Source: a virus
Taxonomy: Duplodnaviria > Caudoviricetes
Length of the DNA: 55,774 nt
Direction: 5' to 3' (one strand)
Virus record (IMG/VR): IMGVR_UViG_3300025087_000084
Location: 1-55,774 of that record
Below, in pieces: positions 36,152 through 48,143 of the stretch. The position numbers and the translations under genes are program-made. Position 1 is the first letter of the stretch. Each line of letters starts with the position of its first letter. Under the pieces are notes generated by a model that saw nothing but the letters and a program-made list of their open reading frames with translations, was not told the origin of the DNA and searched no databases.

Positions 36152-39100
36152 TAAAACAAGAAATAAATTTATTAAGTTATGATAGAGGTATGGTTGAAAA
36201 CTGGAATCAGAAAGAACTGATTCAGCAGAATGTTTTTAACTCAGTACTATGGTTATCAAATTACAATCCGAATCTTGAACATAGAACTCTTGTTAAAAGA
36301 TACGGTATTAATAATTTAGAACCTACAAACAATGGTTATTTAGAACCTAAATTATACGCTCCAAATGCATACGCAAATGACAAAAACAGTTTATTGTTGC
36401 ATTCACGATTACTTAGAACATCTAATCCAAAGTACAATGATACTTATGTAAACTTTATAAAAAGAATTGCATCTAATAATATAGACATTTACAAAGAATG
36501 GAGACCTGAATATCTTAATACATTATTAACTGCTGTAGAACAAATAGAAGCAACTGCTATAATAGCCAATAGCTATATAAAATACAATCAAATCTTTAGT
36601 AATAATTATTGGTTTGAACCATTTTACAATCATCCTCAAATACCAACAATGCCATATCCGGGATGGTACATGTTAGGCACTTTACAGGATTCTTGCAGAT
36701 ACGGTGAAAGTTTGTTAATAACTACAAGTTTATTAGATGATTATGAAGACGCGCATATACAGTTAATAAAAGAATATTTATATCCCTGTTATGTATGGAA
36801 ATTATGGGATATGACAAAAAAAAGAGACAATAATAATCAATATTGGAATGGAATAGAATTTGGTGTTAATGATGATTTAAAAAATCCAGGTGTTTCTCCG
36901 AATCCTTATATGTTATGGAGAATTCAACAGCCATCAAGATCAATGGAAGGAATAACCGGATTAGCCAATATAGATGCTTTTGACGAATTAATACCCATAG
37001 TCAATGGAGCCGATGATACTAATGCAGTTATTAAAGATATATCATTGGTTATATGGGAATCCAATTTATTTGAGAATCCTTATTTTACCAAAGTATTTGG
37101 TGATTTAAACCTGAAAAACTTTGAAAAGATACAGACATTTGAAGTATTGGAAAATACAGAAATACAAGAATCTATTAATGATGCTATTGCTCTATATACA
37201 CCGATTGCAAATGAACTAACAAACCCTAACAATGATTATATTTATTCAATAAGAAATATTATAACTACTTTAGATTCTGCTGGATTTACAGATTATACAA
37301 TTCAGGATATTAATATTAAAGATTCTACTAAATCTGTAAAATGTGCTGTTTATGGCGTTTTTAGCGGTTATACGGTAGAAAGTAATATATATCTATATGC
37401 CCATATTCTTGTTTTACCTACGTTATTGCCTGATTACATAAATACAAAAGTTCCAAGAATGTGGTTAAATTGTGATAAGATTCCTGTAGTCATTACCATG
37501 ATAATAAATGGAATAGAAGTAATAGTTTTAAGAGATACATATAAATTAAAATACGGTGCTGAGATTAATATGCCTAATGTTATTTATGACGATTTTGATT
37601 CAGGTGGTATTTGGGGAAAAACAAATCAAAATGCACGTAGTTTAAATTTGAAAATAGAAAATACGATATTTTATGCAACAGCTATTCCTCCAAACGGTAA
37701 ACACAAAGAAGAACCATGGATTATAGCGCCAACAATACCTGCTTTAATTGAAAGTATTTATAATCCGACATTAACGACACATATACTATTCGAAGGACCT
37801 GTAAATATTGGCACACCGGATCCTTTAACAGGAATAGGAACAAGTGATTATTTATATCCTATAATCAATTTTTCATTAAGAATAACGGAAACAGGATTTC
37901 AGAAGTTATTTGATAACAATGTTTCTGCTATAAGAGTATATGTAAGTGAACCTGATGAACAAGGATATTTAAGAAGCGTAGGAATATCAAAGTACGTTGA
38001 TGCTCCTGCAAGTACATTTAAGTTTCCAAGAGTTAAAGACATAAAAGACGAAAAGCAAAACAGTAATTTCAGATTAATAAAAGAATTCAAGATAGATGGT
38101 AATGGAACTAAGTTAAACGATCACACAGAAGTTGAATTAAATAATATACCTGCTAAAGAGGTTAATAGTAATGCATGGTTAAAAACTATTGATACATGGA
38201 GTACAACAGAAGAAGTATATTGGACTGTACCACAGGAATCACAAGCAAATAATAACGGTAATCAATATCCTGTACCAAGGGTATTATCACCAAATTCCGA
38301 TTATTTCAATCCAAGACATATGTTAAATATAAATATTAATGGTTTTTGGACACCTGATTTCATCATATGGGATTATCCTTTAGCCAAATCACCTTTAAAT
38401 TTACAGGCAAGCGGTAAATATTGGGACGGCATAGGAGCTAAATGTATATCGGTTATAAAAGGACGCACATTTATAGCAGGAACTATTGACCAAGATAATC
38501 AGGAAGAACAATCTGTAATAAGATATTCAGCAGTTCAAAGTGGAGTTGCATCACCTGATATATTCAATGATGAAGATAAGATACAAGTAGGACATTTACC
38601 TATAACTGCTTTAATCGAATTTAGAGAACAATTGGTTATATTCAGTAAAGAGAATTCTTATAGGTTAGTTATGCCTAATATTTATGATACAAGTACATGG
38701 GAATTTCTTGAAGCAGTTGAAAATTCAGGTACATTAAGTAAAAAGACTATAATTAACACACCGTTTGGTTTCGTATTTGGCAATGAAACAGGAATATGGA
38801 TTAGCGAAGGCAACATACCGGAATCTTTAACAGACAAACCTGAATATATGATAACAATAAGTTCATTATGGAAATCCTTAATGTTCGGAAGTGATTATAT
38901 GTATTTAAGTTTAATCAATCCAGGAAGTGTTTTTATAGATACTGATATAAATTATAATCCATATCTTGAATTAAATTATAATATTGAACATGGCGAATTA
39001 ATCATAAGTACACCTATTGACAGAACTAACACCACATATACAACGGCAACACATGAACTAAGGTTAATATTCAGTTTCAGTAAAAGAAACTGGAGAATAG

Positions 39101-39852
39101 AATTGTATGAATTAACTATTACAGACCAAAATGTAATATGTTATTCAAAATACCACAGAACACATTTTATAAATAGTTCCATATATTCAGCAGTACATCA
39201 TTTAGCATACATAGAAAGCTCACCGGGCAATTTTACATGGGAATCTAATATCTATTATGAAAAACCTGATAAAAGTGCCTTACAGGACACTTATTACAGT
39301 TCTGTAGGTAGTTCTACAACTAATAAAGACATTGAAGGAGAAATAATAAGTCATGAGGTAGGAAATGGTATTGATGATGTATTATTGCATAGTGCTATTA
39401 TAGAATGTGTACCTAATGATACTGCATTAGTAACTGCTTATACGAATGATCCGTCATTCAGTTTTGAAACAAGAAATAAACAATGGAGAGATCAGGTATA
39501 TCATATGTACAAAAAGTATATGATTAACCATAATCACTCGGGATTTGCTAATCCGGGTTATTTAGCTAATGATACATGGTATGATTTAATAATGCATAAT
39601 GTATTGTCTAAAAAGGCATTTAATCCTTTTAACAGTTTAATGCAGACACCTTTGTCCACCGGAGATGAAATATTCAAAGATGATTCAACACCTCAAGTTG
39701 AAAGAGCAAATGCAGGCAGAGAAAGTATAGTATTACTAAGTCCTTTAAACGTTAAATCAAGATTAATGAGATTTAAATGGATTAGTAAAAATGTTCCTAA
39801 GATTAAAAGCATACTTATCAAAATCATTATACATAAACGGAGAAGTGAGTAA
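36148..39852 (+). CDS. Tail nozzle / stabilisation protein (P22 gp10-like position)
   Basis: 1234 aa, beta-rich; [31 protein letters not shown] propeller-type motifs. Confidence 0.65.
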   Translation: MIKQEINLLSYDRGMVENWNQKELIQQNVFNSVLWLSNYNPNLEHRTLVKRYGINNLEPTNNGYLEPKLYAPNAYANDKNSLLLHSRLLRTSNPKYNDTYVNFIKRIASNNIDIYKEWRPEYLNTLLTAVEQIEATAIIANSYIKYNQIFSNNYWFEPFYNHPQIPTMPYPGWYMLGTLQDSCRYGESLLITTSLLDDYEDAHIQLIKEYLYPCYVWKLWDMTKKRDNNNQYWNGIEFGVNDDLKNPGVSPNPYMLWRIQQPSRSMEGITGLANIDAFDELIPIVNGADDTNAVIKDISLVIWESNLFENPYFTKVFGDLNLKNFEKIQTFEVLENTEIQESINDAIALYTPIANELTNPNNDYIYSIRNIITTLDSAGFTDYTIQDINIKDSTKSVKCAVYGVFSGYTVESNIYLYAHILVLPTLLPDYINTKVPRMWLNCDKIPVVITMIINGIEVIVLRDTYKLKYGAEINMPNVIYDDFDSGGIWGKTNQNARSLNLKIENTIFYATAIPPNGKHKEEPWIIAPTIPALIESIYNPTLTTHILFEGPVNIGTPDPLTGIGTSDYLYPIINFSLRITETGFQKLFDNNVSAIRVYVSEPDEQGYLRSVGISKYVDAPASTFKFPRVKDIKDEKQNSNFRLIKEFKIDGNGTKLNDHTEVELNNIPAKEVNSNAWLKTIDTWSTTEEVYWTVPQESQANNNGNQYPVPRVLSPNSDYFNPRHMLNININGFWTPDFIIWDYPLAKSPLNLQASGKYWDGIGAKCISVIKGRTFIAGTIDQDNQEEQSVIRYSAVQSGVASPDIFNDEDKIQVGHLPITALIEFREQLVIFSKENSYRLVMPNIYDTSTWEFLEAVENSGTLSKKTIINTPFGFVFGNETGIWISEGNIPESLTDKPEYMITISSLWKSLMFGSDYMYLSLINPGSVFIDTDINYNPYLELNYNIEHGELIISTPIDRTNTTYTTATHELRLIFSFSKRNWRIELYELTITDQNVICYSKYHRTHFINSSIYSAVHHLAYIESSPGNFTWESNIYYEKPDKSALQDTYYSSVGSSTTNKDIEGEIISHEVGNGIDDVLLHSAIIECVPNDTALVTAYTNDPSFSFETRNKQWRDQVYHMYKKYMINHNHSGFANPGYLANDTWYDLIMHNVLSKKAFNPFNSLMQTPLSTGDEIFKDDSTPQVERANAGRESIVLLSPLNVKSRLMRFKWISKNVPKIKSILIKIIIHKRRSE

Positions 39853-41306
39853 TGCCAATAAACTTTGGGCAAACCGGATGGGAACACAAAGACCATAAGA
39901 TTCAAAGAGAATTTGAAAGAATAGCCCGTTTTGTAAATGATCTGGAAAAATCACAAAGTGATACAAAAACTATAGTAGATAGTTTATCGCCATTGGCAAA
40001 AAAGATATGGGAGTTAATGGTTAAAAGAGACAATAGTAAAATAATGTCTCCTGTTGAAACATTGAACTTCGTTAAAGGTGATAATTATGAATGGGATATA
40101 AAGCCAAGAAAAGACAAAGAAGTACAAATTGGTTTAATACTTGACTTAGAAATTTTAGCACAATCGTTCGCTAATTACAATACACTATGGGAATATATGC
40201 AAGATAATGTATTAGTTGCTGTTACTGCAATTGAAACGATTAATGACAACGAATATGCATCTATACCTACTTCAGATCAAGAAGTTATAAATAGACAACC
40301 ACAGACATATGACGCTAATGCATATCCTCCGGATAACAACGGAGATGGTTGGATTCCTGTAAAATCAGATACAGAAGTTATACAGGATTTAAATAACTAT
40401 GTTTCTCATGTCATAGACAAAATATATATAAGTACACCTAATGAATGGAAAAGAGATACATTGTTTTTCAGTCCTGGTGTGGCAGGGGTATACAAACTCG
40501 ATATATCCGTATATCTTAAAATGATATTTTCCCAAGGAGTTTCAACTGCTTCTCGGCCATATGACAGTATAGACAGAGGAATGCTCATAGCTGAAAAATG
40601 CAATCCCACAGATGTTCTTGGTGCAACACCTGATTTCACTAAGCATAATCCTTTATATTGTAATTCAGTAACAATAGTAACAGGTTCTATTGCAACAACG
40701 ACATTAACCGTAACTGCTATAATTGCAGGAACATTAAAACTTGGACAAATAATATCAGGTTCCGGTATTACAATAGGAACAACGATAACAGCATTTTTGA
40801 CAGGAACCGGTGGTATAGGAACTTATACCGTAAGTATATCGCAAACAGTAAGTTCAACAACAATAACAGGCGGAATATTTCCGAATATAAATCAATTATA
40901 TCTAATAGACACAATCACTCATTTAGGAGATACGGATTATACAAGAAACTATAGTACTAATAATGCTTTACCTGCTTTTAATGGCGTTTATTCTGTTGCA
41001 AGTTCTGAAGGGAGTGCATTTGGAATGTTATATAATCCTGAGATACATTTAAATGGATGTTGTGAAATGTACTTAGAAACAGATGAAACTATAATGTTCT
41101 GGTATAAACTTTATGGACATAGAATTATAACATCAGGCAGTAATTATATAGTCACAGTTCCTATAGCCGGAGGAACAGAAGCAGGAGACTTTGTAGGACA
41201 TATACATAAAAGATATGAGAAAGTTGCAATAAGTTATTTAAGTCCTATACCAAACACAATAGAAACAAACAGAAGTGATGTTAGACCAATAGTAAGGCAT
41301 TTTTAA
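39852..41306 (+). CDS. Putative tail protein with a Thr/Gly-rich inserted module
   Basis: Position; module [13 protein letters not shown]...[16 protein letters not shown]. Confidence 0.6.
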   Translation: MPINFGQTGWEHKDHKIQREFERIARFVNDLEKSQSDTKTIVDSLSPLAKKIWELMVKRDNSKIMSPVETLNFVKGDNYEWDIKPRKDKEVQIGLILDLEILAQSFANYNTLWEYMQDNVLVAVTAIETINDNEYASIPTSDQEVINRQPQTYDANAYPPDNNGDGWIPVKSDTEVIQDLNNYVSHVIDKIYISTPNEWKRDTLFFSPGVAGVYKLDISVYLKMIFSQGVSTASRPYDSIDRGMLIAEKCNPTDVLGATPDFTKHNPLYCNSVTIVTGSIATTTLTVTAIIAGTLKLGQIISGSGITIGTTITAFLTGTGGIGTYTVSISQTVSSTTITGGIFPNINQLYLIDTITHLGDTDYTRNYSTNNALPAFNGVYSVASSEGSAFGMLYNPEIHLNGCCEMYLETDETIMFWYKLYGHRIITSGSNYIVTVPIAGGTEAGDFVGHIHKRYEKVAISYLSPIPNTIETNRSDVRPIVRHF

Positions 41307-41413
41307 TGGAATATATAGAATGGATTTTAGCAATAATGTTAATACTTTTAATAGGACTTTCTATTGCAGTGGTAATTAAGAAAATTAAAAAATTGTATAA
41401 TAAAAATAAATAA
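41306..41413 (+). CDS. Possible single-TM peptide (35 aa; not in ORF track)
   Basis: TAATG coupling; [29 protein letters not shown]. Confidence 0.4.
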   Translation: MEYIEWILAIMLILLIGLSIAVVIKKIKKLYNKNK

Positions 41414-41423
41414 GTTAATTTTG
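41393..41423 (+). promoter_or_regulatory. Bacteroidota/FCB-type promoter
   Basis: TTG-N20-TAATTTTG upstream of AAGGAG RBS and ATG 41441. Confidence 0.55.
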
Positions 41424-41440
41424 AATAGAAAGGAGATATT

Positions 41441-42115
41441 ATGATACCGTATAATTTAAATTTTGCTAAACAGCATGGATATGGAATACTGAAAAGACAA
41501 ATAGTCCAAGGTGCTCCTGTAGCAATAAATGTATCAGCTAAAGCAAAAGTGGGAAAAAATTTACTAAGATTAACAATGGCAAGTGACCCTTTAGCTACAA
41601 AATGGGCAGCAGGAATGAAAGCAATGTTAAGGACTTCCGGGAATGCCAATCTAAATGCCTATGAAATAACAATGCTTGATCATACGAACAATTATATATT
41701 TGTCAAGTGTGATGATCCAAATGCCTTAGTAGGCAATTCTAACATAGCCAATGCGATACCTTATGGTTTAGTACCTATTGATTTTATTAATGACGGTGTT
41801 GAATTAAAAAATAATGATGGTGAAACACTTGCCATAAGATATGATGAAGATGCTTATTTTATACTAAAGAAAACATCTAAGAAAGAAGACATTACTATCC
41901 AAATAGTCAATTATGATTCAGTTACTACAATGACTAACGTAATAGTTAAAATGAGCTTAGACACAGTTCATTGGCTTGATTTTCCTGTTACATTGCAATC
42001 AGGTACAATAGCAGCAGGAGCATCAGCTATATTAATTGTAGATTTGGAAGTTGAATGTTGGTTAAGAATTGAAATAGACAGTGCGGAAGCGGATTATTAT
42101 ATATTAGCGAGGTAA
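41441..42115 (+). CDS. Putative virion/tail protein
   Basis: AAGGAG RBS; tail region. Confidence 0.65.
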   Translation: MIPYNLNFAKQHGYGILKRQIVQGAPVAINVSAKAKVGKNLLRLTMASDPLATKWAAGMKAMLRTSGNANLNAYEITMLDHTNNYIFVKCDDPNALVGNSNIANAIPYGLVPIDFINDGVELKNNDGETLAIRYDEDAYFILKKTSKKEDITIQIVNYDSVTTMTNVIVKMSLDTVHWLDFPVTLQSGTIAAGASAILIVDLEVECWLRIEIDSAEADYYILAR

Positions 42116-42117
42116 TT

Positions 42118-42333
42118 ATGGGAGCAAAAACAGCATATGGGGCAACAGTTAATGCATCAACTGCAAATGTATCAAATATAATAGCAAGTGTTGATGCTAA
42201 AACTATACCTGTTAATGCAGATATACTAGGTTATATAGATACAGAAGACAGTAATGTACTTAAAAATATGACTATGACGAATTTTAAGGCATTCCTTAAG
42301 ACTTATTTTGATACTTTATACGTGGCACAATAA
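42118..42333 (+). CDS. Small tail-fibre-associated protein
   Basis: KTIPVNAD...DTEDSNVLK.MT..NFK module typical of fibre segments. Confidence 0.55.
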   Translation: MGAKTAYGATVNASTANVSNIIASVDAKTIPVNADILGYIDTEDSNVLKNMTMTNFKAFLKTYFDTLYVAQ

Positions 42334-42527
42334 TGGTTAATGGGCCTATATCGGCATTAGAATTGGGAATAACGTTAATAGACGCACAGACGTTATTAGA
42401 GACGGGAGCGCCTAATCATTATAATGGAACAGGTAAAGCGGGACAGATTGCTTTTGATGGTAATCATTTGTACTTTTGTGTGGAAGATAATATATGGATT
42501 AAATTACCGGGTACTAAGAACTTTTAG
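42333..42527 (+). CDS. Small tail-fibre-associated protein
   Basis: P....G..GQIAFDGNHLYFCVEDNIW module. Confidence 0.6.
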   Translation: MVNGPISALELGITLIDAQTLLETGAPNHYNGTGKAGQIAFDGNHLYFCVEDNIWIKLPGTKNF

Positions 42528-42534
42528 AATTGAA

Positions 42535-42795
42535 ATGGGACGTAAAACTAAAATACAAAAAGAAATAGAAGATAAGCAAAAAGAACTTATTGCTATTTTG
42601 GAAGAAGAAGAAAAAGATAAATTACGTATTAAAGATGTAATTCAGAAAGAGGTTAATAATAAATATTTTTGCGGTATTTATTTGACATTAGAGGATATTA
42701 TAGGAATTTTACAGTTATACAGTAAAACCAATGAACCTGTTAGAGTTGAATATCGTTTATACAGTATAGAGGAAAATAACAATGGCACAATATGA
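42535..42795 (+). CDS. Hypothetical protein (possible fibre chaperone)
   Basis: Start moved to ATG 42535; coiled-coil N-terminus. Confidence 0.55.
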   Translation: MGRKTKIQKEIEDKQKELIAILEEEEKDKLRIKDVIQKEVNNKYFCGIYLTLEDIIGILQLYSKTNEPVRVEYRLYSIEENNNGTI

Positions 42796-43528
42796 TTTAT
42801 TGCTTATAGAGGATATCGGAGTTACAACTGAATTTGCAGAAAAAATAGTTAGTATAACAAGAGGTGGTTTGCTTACTGCTTCTGCAGATGCCAATAGAGT
42901 ACCAAGATGGCTTGCTGTCGGTTCATCGGGACAAATATTATCCGTAGATGCCAATGGTGACTTAGTGTGGGTAGCAGGTGCAGCAGATGCTTTCATATTC
43001 AAAGGAGCAGAAGCAATAGCAACAGTAGCGGCATTAACTACTTATAGTGTAGGATGGACATACAGAGCAACTGATGCAGGTTCGTTTAAAGGACAAACAG
43101 TAGAAATAGGTGATTTGCTTATTGCAGTAGTGGCAAGAACAGGTTCCGGTAATGCCGATGCAGATTGGACAGTAGCACAGAATAATATTGACGGTGCTGT
43201 TATTGGGCCTGCAAGTGCAGTAGATAATAACTTATGTCAGTTTAACTTGACTACAGGTAAACTGATTGAAGACAGCGGTTTGTCTAATACCGATGTATCG
43301 AATGCCGTATCTTTAAAACATGCAGCTGTAACTATAACAGCAGGCGGTGGTTTAGTATTATCAACACAGGCATTAAGTATGTGGAGTTCAGCACCGGCAG
43401 CTTACAATTCAGATTGTTCAGCAGTTGGAATAATGGCTTATGACGGTAATTATTGGTATATAGGAATAACAGCAGGTTCAGCAGGTTCAGGTAGATGGGC
43501 TCGTATTGCATCAGCTAAAACATGGTAA
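42782..43528 (+). CDS. Tail fibre protein
   Basis: Ala/Gly-rich; GSSGQIL, GPASAVDN...TGKLIEDSG fibre modules. Confidence 0.7.
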   Translation: MAQYDLLLIEDIGVTTEFAEKIVSITRGGLLTASADANRVPRWLAVGSSGQILSVDANGDLVWVAGAADAFIFKGAEAIATVAALTTYSVGWTYRATDAGSFKGQTVEIGDLLIAVVARTGSGNADADWTVAQNNIDGAVIGPASAVDNNLCQFNLTTGKLIEDSGLSNTDVSNAVSLKHAAVTITAGGGLVLSTQALSMWSSAPAAYNSDCSAVGIMAYDGNYWYIGITAGSAGSGRWARIASAKTW

Positions 43529-43541
43529 AAAATGATAACAA

Positions 43542-44273
43542 ATGATAACAAATGACATCATATTAAAGAAATGGATTACTGATCATTGGGAAGAATTAAT
43601 ACTTAATCTCGATGGTACGACTACAAAGTTCTTGAATCAGAATGGAGCATTTTCAATTCCAACTGCTGAAGCTGAAATATGGGTTACATGGACAGGAGCA
43701 GCAAGAACATCCGATGGTGTTATTTCAAGTACTACTCATTTAGCTTATGGAACTGCTGTAAGATTCAGAGCAACGGCAGGGACGTATAGACACGCTTATA
43801 TTAAATCTTTAAGTACTGATGCACATACTATCATAGGCGAACCTTGCACAATTTCTGATGACGATGAGTTCCAATATGATTCAAGTGGATTAAAGTCTGG
43901 GAGTGAAACTATACATTTATCTGACAATTACAACGATGCTGATGATGATACTTTATTAGTTAATGATTTGAATATGGTGTTAGGATGGAAGCCCGCTATT
44001 TGTGGTGCTTATATGATAGCAGGTATTGAAGTTTCTAATAAAAGTTCTGACACGGGAACTGATGCAGATTTAAACTTAGTTGTTTTTGGAACTACGAATA
44101 AATTATTTAGTGCTGATGTTTCAGTTGCAACAACGGAAGCGGATTCAGGTGTTACTGCGGTTGTAACTTATTGCTACGGAAATGGTGAAAGTTCTTTTGA
44201 TGTTAGTGTTGATAAAAACGGGAATGGTGATGCTTACGATGCTGATATAATTGTGAGGTATATACGATTATGA
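43542..44273 (+). CDS. Putative tail fibre / receptor-binding protein
   Basis: TKFLNQNGAFSIP fibre motif followed by beta-rich domains. Confidence 0.6.
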   Translation: MITNDIILKKWITDHWEELILNLDGTTTKFLNQNGAFSIPTAEAEIWVTWTGAARTSDGVISSTTHLAYGTAVRFRATAGTYRHAYIKSLSTDAHTIIGEPCTISDDDEFQYDSSGLKSGSETIHLSDNYNDADDDTLLVNDLNMVLGWKPAICGAYMIAGIEVSNKSSDTGTDADLNLVVFGTTNKLFSADVSVATTEADSGVTAVVTYCYGNGESSFDVSVDKNGNGDAYDADIIVRYIRL

Positions 44274-44983
44274 TTATAGGGTTAAAAACATCAAGAAATA
44301 ATTCGCTTTGTAAACTCAATTTACGAATGGACGGAGCAGATAATGGTACTACTTTTACGGATAGTTCACCGTCGGGGAAAACTGTTAGTAATACAGGTAT
44401 TGTGACGAAGACGGGAGTTAAAAAATTTGGAACTGCAAGTGCATATAGAACTGGTGCGACTACAAGCAATCGTTTGTCTGTCCCTGATACTTCCGATTTA
44501 TATGCTAACAAAAAATTCGCTATTTCGGTATGGTGTTATTTTACAGACATAACAACAAGCACAGCACAGAGAAGAACTATATTATTTTATGGAAGAAACG
44601 ATACAGGTGTAAATTATTATTTTTGGTATGATACCAATCAAACTCCTGACCATCTTACCTGCTTATTTGGTTGCAATAACGCACATCCTATTTATTTAGA
44701 TTATGCTATTGGTTTATCAATCAATACATGGTATCATATCGAAGTTGATATTATATATCCGAATGCTATTATGTTTTTAGATGGATTAAAGGTAGCTGAG
44801 GTAACTATTGATGCGAATTACAGTGCTAAAATAAATGCAAATGAATTATTATATATCACAACGAGGAAACTAAATGCTACGAGTTATGATTGCAGGTATT
44901 GGGGATATATGGATTCTTTAGAAATTCATCAAGGCAAATATTTACATAAATCTAATTTCACACCACCAAACAGGGCGGCATAA
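44270..44983 (+). CDS. LamG / concanavalin A-like receptor-binding protein
   Basis: LRMDGADNGTTFTDSS...KFGTAS...NTWYHI...MFLDG...GYMDSLEI...NFTPP. Confidence 0.8.
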   Translation: MIIGLKTSRNNSLCKLNLRMDGADNGTTFTDSSPSGKTVSNTGIVTKTGVKKFGTASAYRTGATTSNRLSVPDTSDLYANKKFAISVWCYFTDITTSTAQRRTILFYGRNDTGVNYYFWYDTNQTPDHLTCLFGCNNAHPIYLDYAIGLSINTWYHIEVDIIYPNAIMFLDGLKVAEVTIDANYSAKINANELLYITTRKLNATSYDCRYWGYMDSLEIHQGKYLHKSNFTPPNRAA

Positions 44984-45414
44984 TGAAATATATAAAAAAA
45001 TATAAAAGCGAAACTGAATTTGATATATTCTTTCAAAATTTGTATGAAACAAAGTGGGTTGTTAATGGACTTGGAAGCCCGAAAGTACAAGCGTGGTTAG
45101 CAGAGGGAAATGAATTTGAAGTTGTTGCTTTTGTACCTATCCCTTTAGCTGAATATAAAACACAGCAAATAGAGAGTTGTAATCAATTAAGTTTTCAAAT
45201 AAGAAATGTTTTTTTACCTGATTACAAATTGATTAACGCAGGTATAGATGTTTATGAAGACGATAATCCGGGTACTAAATTAAAATATAAAAAGACTGTG
45301 CAAGCATTTAGAACTGAATTTTATCGGATATCTGGATTAATAAATTCGGCAACAACGAATAATGAAATTGATATAATAGTTAGTGGTGCGAATTTTCCAA
45401 CGGGAATTTTATAA
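44983..45414 (+). CDS. Putative tail-fibre assembly chaperone
   Basis: Follows the receptor-binding gene; AWLAEGN...P and C-terminal INSATT..EI pattern. Confidence 0.55.
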   Translation: MKYIKKYKSETEFDIFFQNLYETKWVVNGLGSPKVQAWLAEGNEFEVVAFVPIPLAEYKTQQIESCNQLSFQIRNVFLPDYKLINAGIDVYEDDNPGTKLKYKKTVQAFRTEFYRISGLINSATTNNEIDIIVSGANFPTGIL

Positions 45415-45458
45415 AGCACAAAATATTAAGAAATTTATAAATTAATAAAAATTTAATT

Positions 45459-45782
45459 ATGGCAGAAATAACTTTAAATGAAGTGTATAACAAGACACTT
45501 GACATTAATAACAATGTAAAGGAATTGTCGGGAAAATTCGACGGTCATTTAAAAGACCATATCGAATATGCAATAAAAGATACAATTAATGAAACAAAAA
45601 TTGGTAGCTTGGAAAAGAGTACAGACAAAACGAATCGGTTGTTTTGGAGTTTGGTTATTGGTTTAATTATTGTGTTTGCCGGTTTAATTGCAAACTACAC
45701 AAAACCTATAAATGACAATAAAAATGAAATAAAAAGATTAATTGAAAAATTAGAATATAAAATTAGAGAAAATGCCAAATGA
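45459..45782 (+). CDS. Coiled-coil plus single-TM protein (holin/lysis accessory candidate)
   Basis: LFWSLVIGLIIVFAGLIA TM after a coiled coil. Confidence 0.55.
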   Translation: MAEITLNEVYNKTLDINNNVKELSGKFDGHLKDHIEYAIKDTINETKIGSLEKSTDKTNRLFWSLVIGLIIVFAGLIANYTKPINDNKNEIKRLIEKLEYKIRENAK

Positions 45783-45894
45783 TTGAAATGTTAAAAGAAA
45801 GTAAGGCGGAAATAGTATCTTTAAATGAAAGACTATGGAGAGCAGAAAAAGACATTATAATGAATGAAAGAGAATTAGAAAGGAAAAGATAATT

Positions 45895-46629
45895 ATGATA
45901 CCATCACTAATAGGAGCAGCTATCGGAACTTATTCTTCATACATGGATTCACAGAAAAAGAATAAACTTGTAGCACAAGAACAGGCACGTTTAGAAAAAG
46001 CAGACAGAGAAAGAGCATCTGACAGAGAAGGCATACAGCGTTTTAGTCCGAGAGATTTACTTATGCAACAATTAGGCATAATAGAAGAAGGTAAATCCAA
46101 TGCTGTCAGTTCTGCAAGTAATGTAGCAGCAGGAAATATAACTAATTCAGGTTTAGGCGGAGATATTGCATCGCCTACCGCATTAGGCAAGACTGCACCT
46201 ATCGTACAAGCCCTGGGAGCGTTTACCGGAGTTAAGTCCGAAGCATATGGTCAAAATGCACAAATGGAAGCTCAGAAGCGACAGGAACTGGAAAGAAACA
46301 CAGATCAAGAATTAGCTATAGAAGACAGACAAATATATAATGAAAATAATGATTTTTTATATCCTGTGATAACAGGTGCATTGGGAGGAGCTAATGCGGT
46401 ATCAAGCTTTATGAATTTAGCTAAACCCGGAGATAAAAAGGTAGAAGGAGAAAATAATCCGTTAACACCTAATGATTTTCAAGCACAATCCTTGATACCT
46501 CCAAAAACAAGGAAACCCTTATATGATTTGTGGGGTAAGAATAATGCTAAATCCTTATTCGGAGATAATGGTTTATATGATAATAATGGTAAAATGAAAT
46601 TTAATCGAATAATGAATTATGGAAGTTAG
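45895..46629 (+). CDS. Putative ejection (internal virion) protein 1
   Basis: N-terminal LIGAAIG, Ala/Gly/Gln-rich; first of three size-ascending genes after the tail. Confidence 0.6.
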   Translation: MIPSLIGAAIGTYSSYMDSQKKNKLVAQEQARLEKADRERASDREGIQRFSPRDLLMQQLGIIEEGKSNAVSSASNVAAGNITNSGLGGDIASPTALGKTAPIVQALGAFTGVKSEAYGQNAQMEAQKRQELERNTDQELAIEDRQIYNENNDFLYPVITGALGGANAVSSFMNLAKPGDKKVEGENNPLTPNDFQAQSLIPPKTRKPLYDLWGKNNAKSLFGDNGLYDNNGKMKFNRIMNYGS

Positions 46630-46637
46630 AGGTTAAC

Positions 46638-48131
46638 ATGCCAATAATAAATAAAAGCAATGGTATAAACGAGTTATTGAGTGCACAACAAATTGCATTA
46701 ATTAATCTTGGTTACAATACTCAAAGAGCACAACAGCTTAAAGACAGACAGGCAACTCAGACTAATCTTGCTAAAATATTAATGGAATCAAATCCTGATA
46801 AATTTAGCGGAGCTGAAATTGACTTTGATAAATTAGGCAATATGGAATACAATGAAAAAGCAAGAAAAGCTATGATTGTAAAGCCTAATGATTTGTCTCA
46901 AAAGGGATATTACAGAAAAACCGTAACACCCGAAAAGGATATACCGCCTAATATGCTTAGTTTAGCATTAGAAAGTAAAAAAGGAGCTGATTACGATGAA
47001 TTCCAGAGATTATTATTAAATAAAGCAACAGATGCTTTGGGTAAAGAATTACCTGTTAATAAGAGTCAATTATTGCAAAAATCCGAAAAACAAAGCCAAG
47101 AAGGATTACCATTGTTATTACCTGACGGCACGAATATATTCGATAAAATATTAGATGCCAAAAGTAATCCGAATTATACAGATAACTTATTTGAACAATA
47201 TCCTAACAGCGATATATACAAAAAGGAGTTATTACAGCAAAATCCTGAAATACAAATGCCTTTAACAGATAATATAATGAAATCCGATAATATTAATTCA
47301 AGTAGTTACAGCAAAAATAAGAATAGTTCATCAGTAAGAACAATGTTAAGACCGGGAAGCTTTGATTATAAAGGTAAACAAGGTTATTTAACGAGAGAAG
47401 AACAAAAGGCAAATATCATAGATGAAATTAAGACACCTTTTGATCAAGCAATGTTATTGGCTCAAATGACAGATATAGCAAATATACCGGAAGGTAAAAC
47501 AGAAAACAGATTTGCCGATATAGCACAAGCAAGATTAGGATTTCTTGGAAAAAATGCTCCTGCGCATGGAATAGAATCTGTATCAGAAACATATAGTCCA
47601 ACAGAAACAGAGATTAACACAACATCTCCATATACCGATGTACAAATAAGCCAAGGTGCTGAAACAGTAGATTCTGATAAAAATGGAACAGGTAATGGTA
47701 ATAATAATAAAGATAATAAGAGAACTTATTTGGATAAAACAGGAACTAATGTGATAACATTAGAAAAAGGCAAATCCACACAACTTGGTCAACAATGGGC
47801 ACATAAAATAAAAAGTGGTACAGATTATTATAAAGGATTATCAGCAAAAATTAATGAACTTAATACCGGGCAATATTCAGGTACTAAGGAAGGGAAAAGA
47901 GAACCGATTTATGATAATAACAACAATGAAATAGGTGCTAAAAGAGAAATATGGTATAAAGGTAAATTAATGGGTTGGTCAACATTTAATCCAATTAATT
48001 ATCCAGATGGTTTTTTTGAATCAAACAGAAAAATAGATTTTATTGGTAATATGGAATACCAAAGTTGGTTAGATACCTATTTAGGACAAGCTCCCGGGAC
48101 ATCCGGAACTACTCAAACTGGTGCAAAATAG
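46638..48131 (+). CDS. Putative ejection (internal virion) protein 2
   Basis: GAGGT RBS; directly upstream of the giant gene. Confidence 0.55.
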   Translation: MPIINKSNGINELLSAQQIALINLGYNTQRAQQLKDRQATQTNLAKILMESNPDKFSGAEIDFDKLGNMEYNEKARKAMIVKPNDLSQKGYYRKTVTPEKDIPPNMLSLALESKKGADYDEFQRLLLNKATDALGKELPVNKSQLLQKSEKQSQEGLPLLLPDGTNIFDKILDAKSNPNYTDNLFEQYPNSDIYKKELLQQNPEIQMPLTDNIMKSDNINSSSYSKNKNSSSVRTMLRPGSFDYKGKQGYLTREEQKANIIDEIKTPFDQAMLLAQMTDIANIPEGKTENRFADIAQARLGFLGKNAPAHGIESVSETYSPTETEINTTSPYTDVQISQGAETVDSDKNGTGNGNNNKDNKRTYLDKTGTNVITLEKGKSTQLGQQWAHKIKSGTDYYKGLSAKINELNTGQYSGTKEGKREPIYDNNNNEIGAKREIWYKGKLMGWSTFNPINYPDGFFESNRKIDFIGNMEYQSWLDTYLGQAPGTSGTTQTGAK

Positions 48132-48143
48132 AAAGGACATAAA

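Noticed and set aside
43532-43555. Tandem atgataacaa duplication at a gene start
   Set aside because: Only a 10-bp duplication producing a 7-codon overlapping frame; no evidence of function
43542-45414. Diversity-generating retroelement acting on tail genes
   Set aside because: No reverse transcriptase and no template/variable repeat pair seen
45779-45892. 37-aa coiled-coil ORF or frameshift extension of 45459..45782
   Set aside because: ATGA overlap is suggestive but it is too short and has no slippery site or motif to support it
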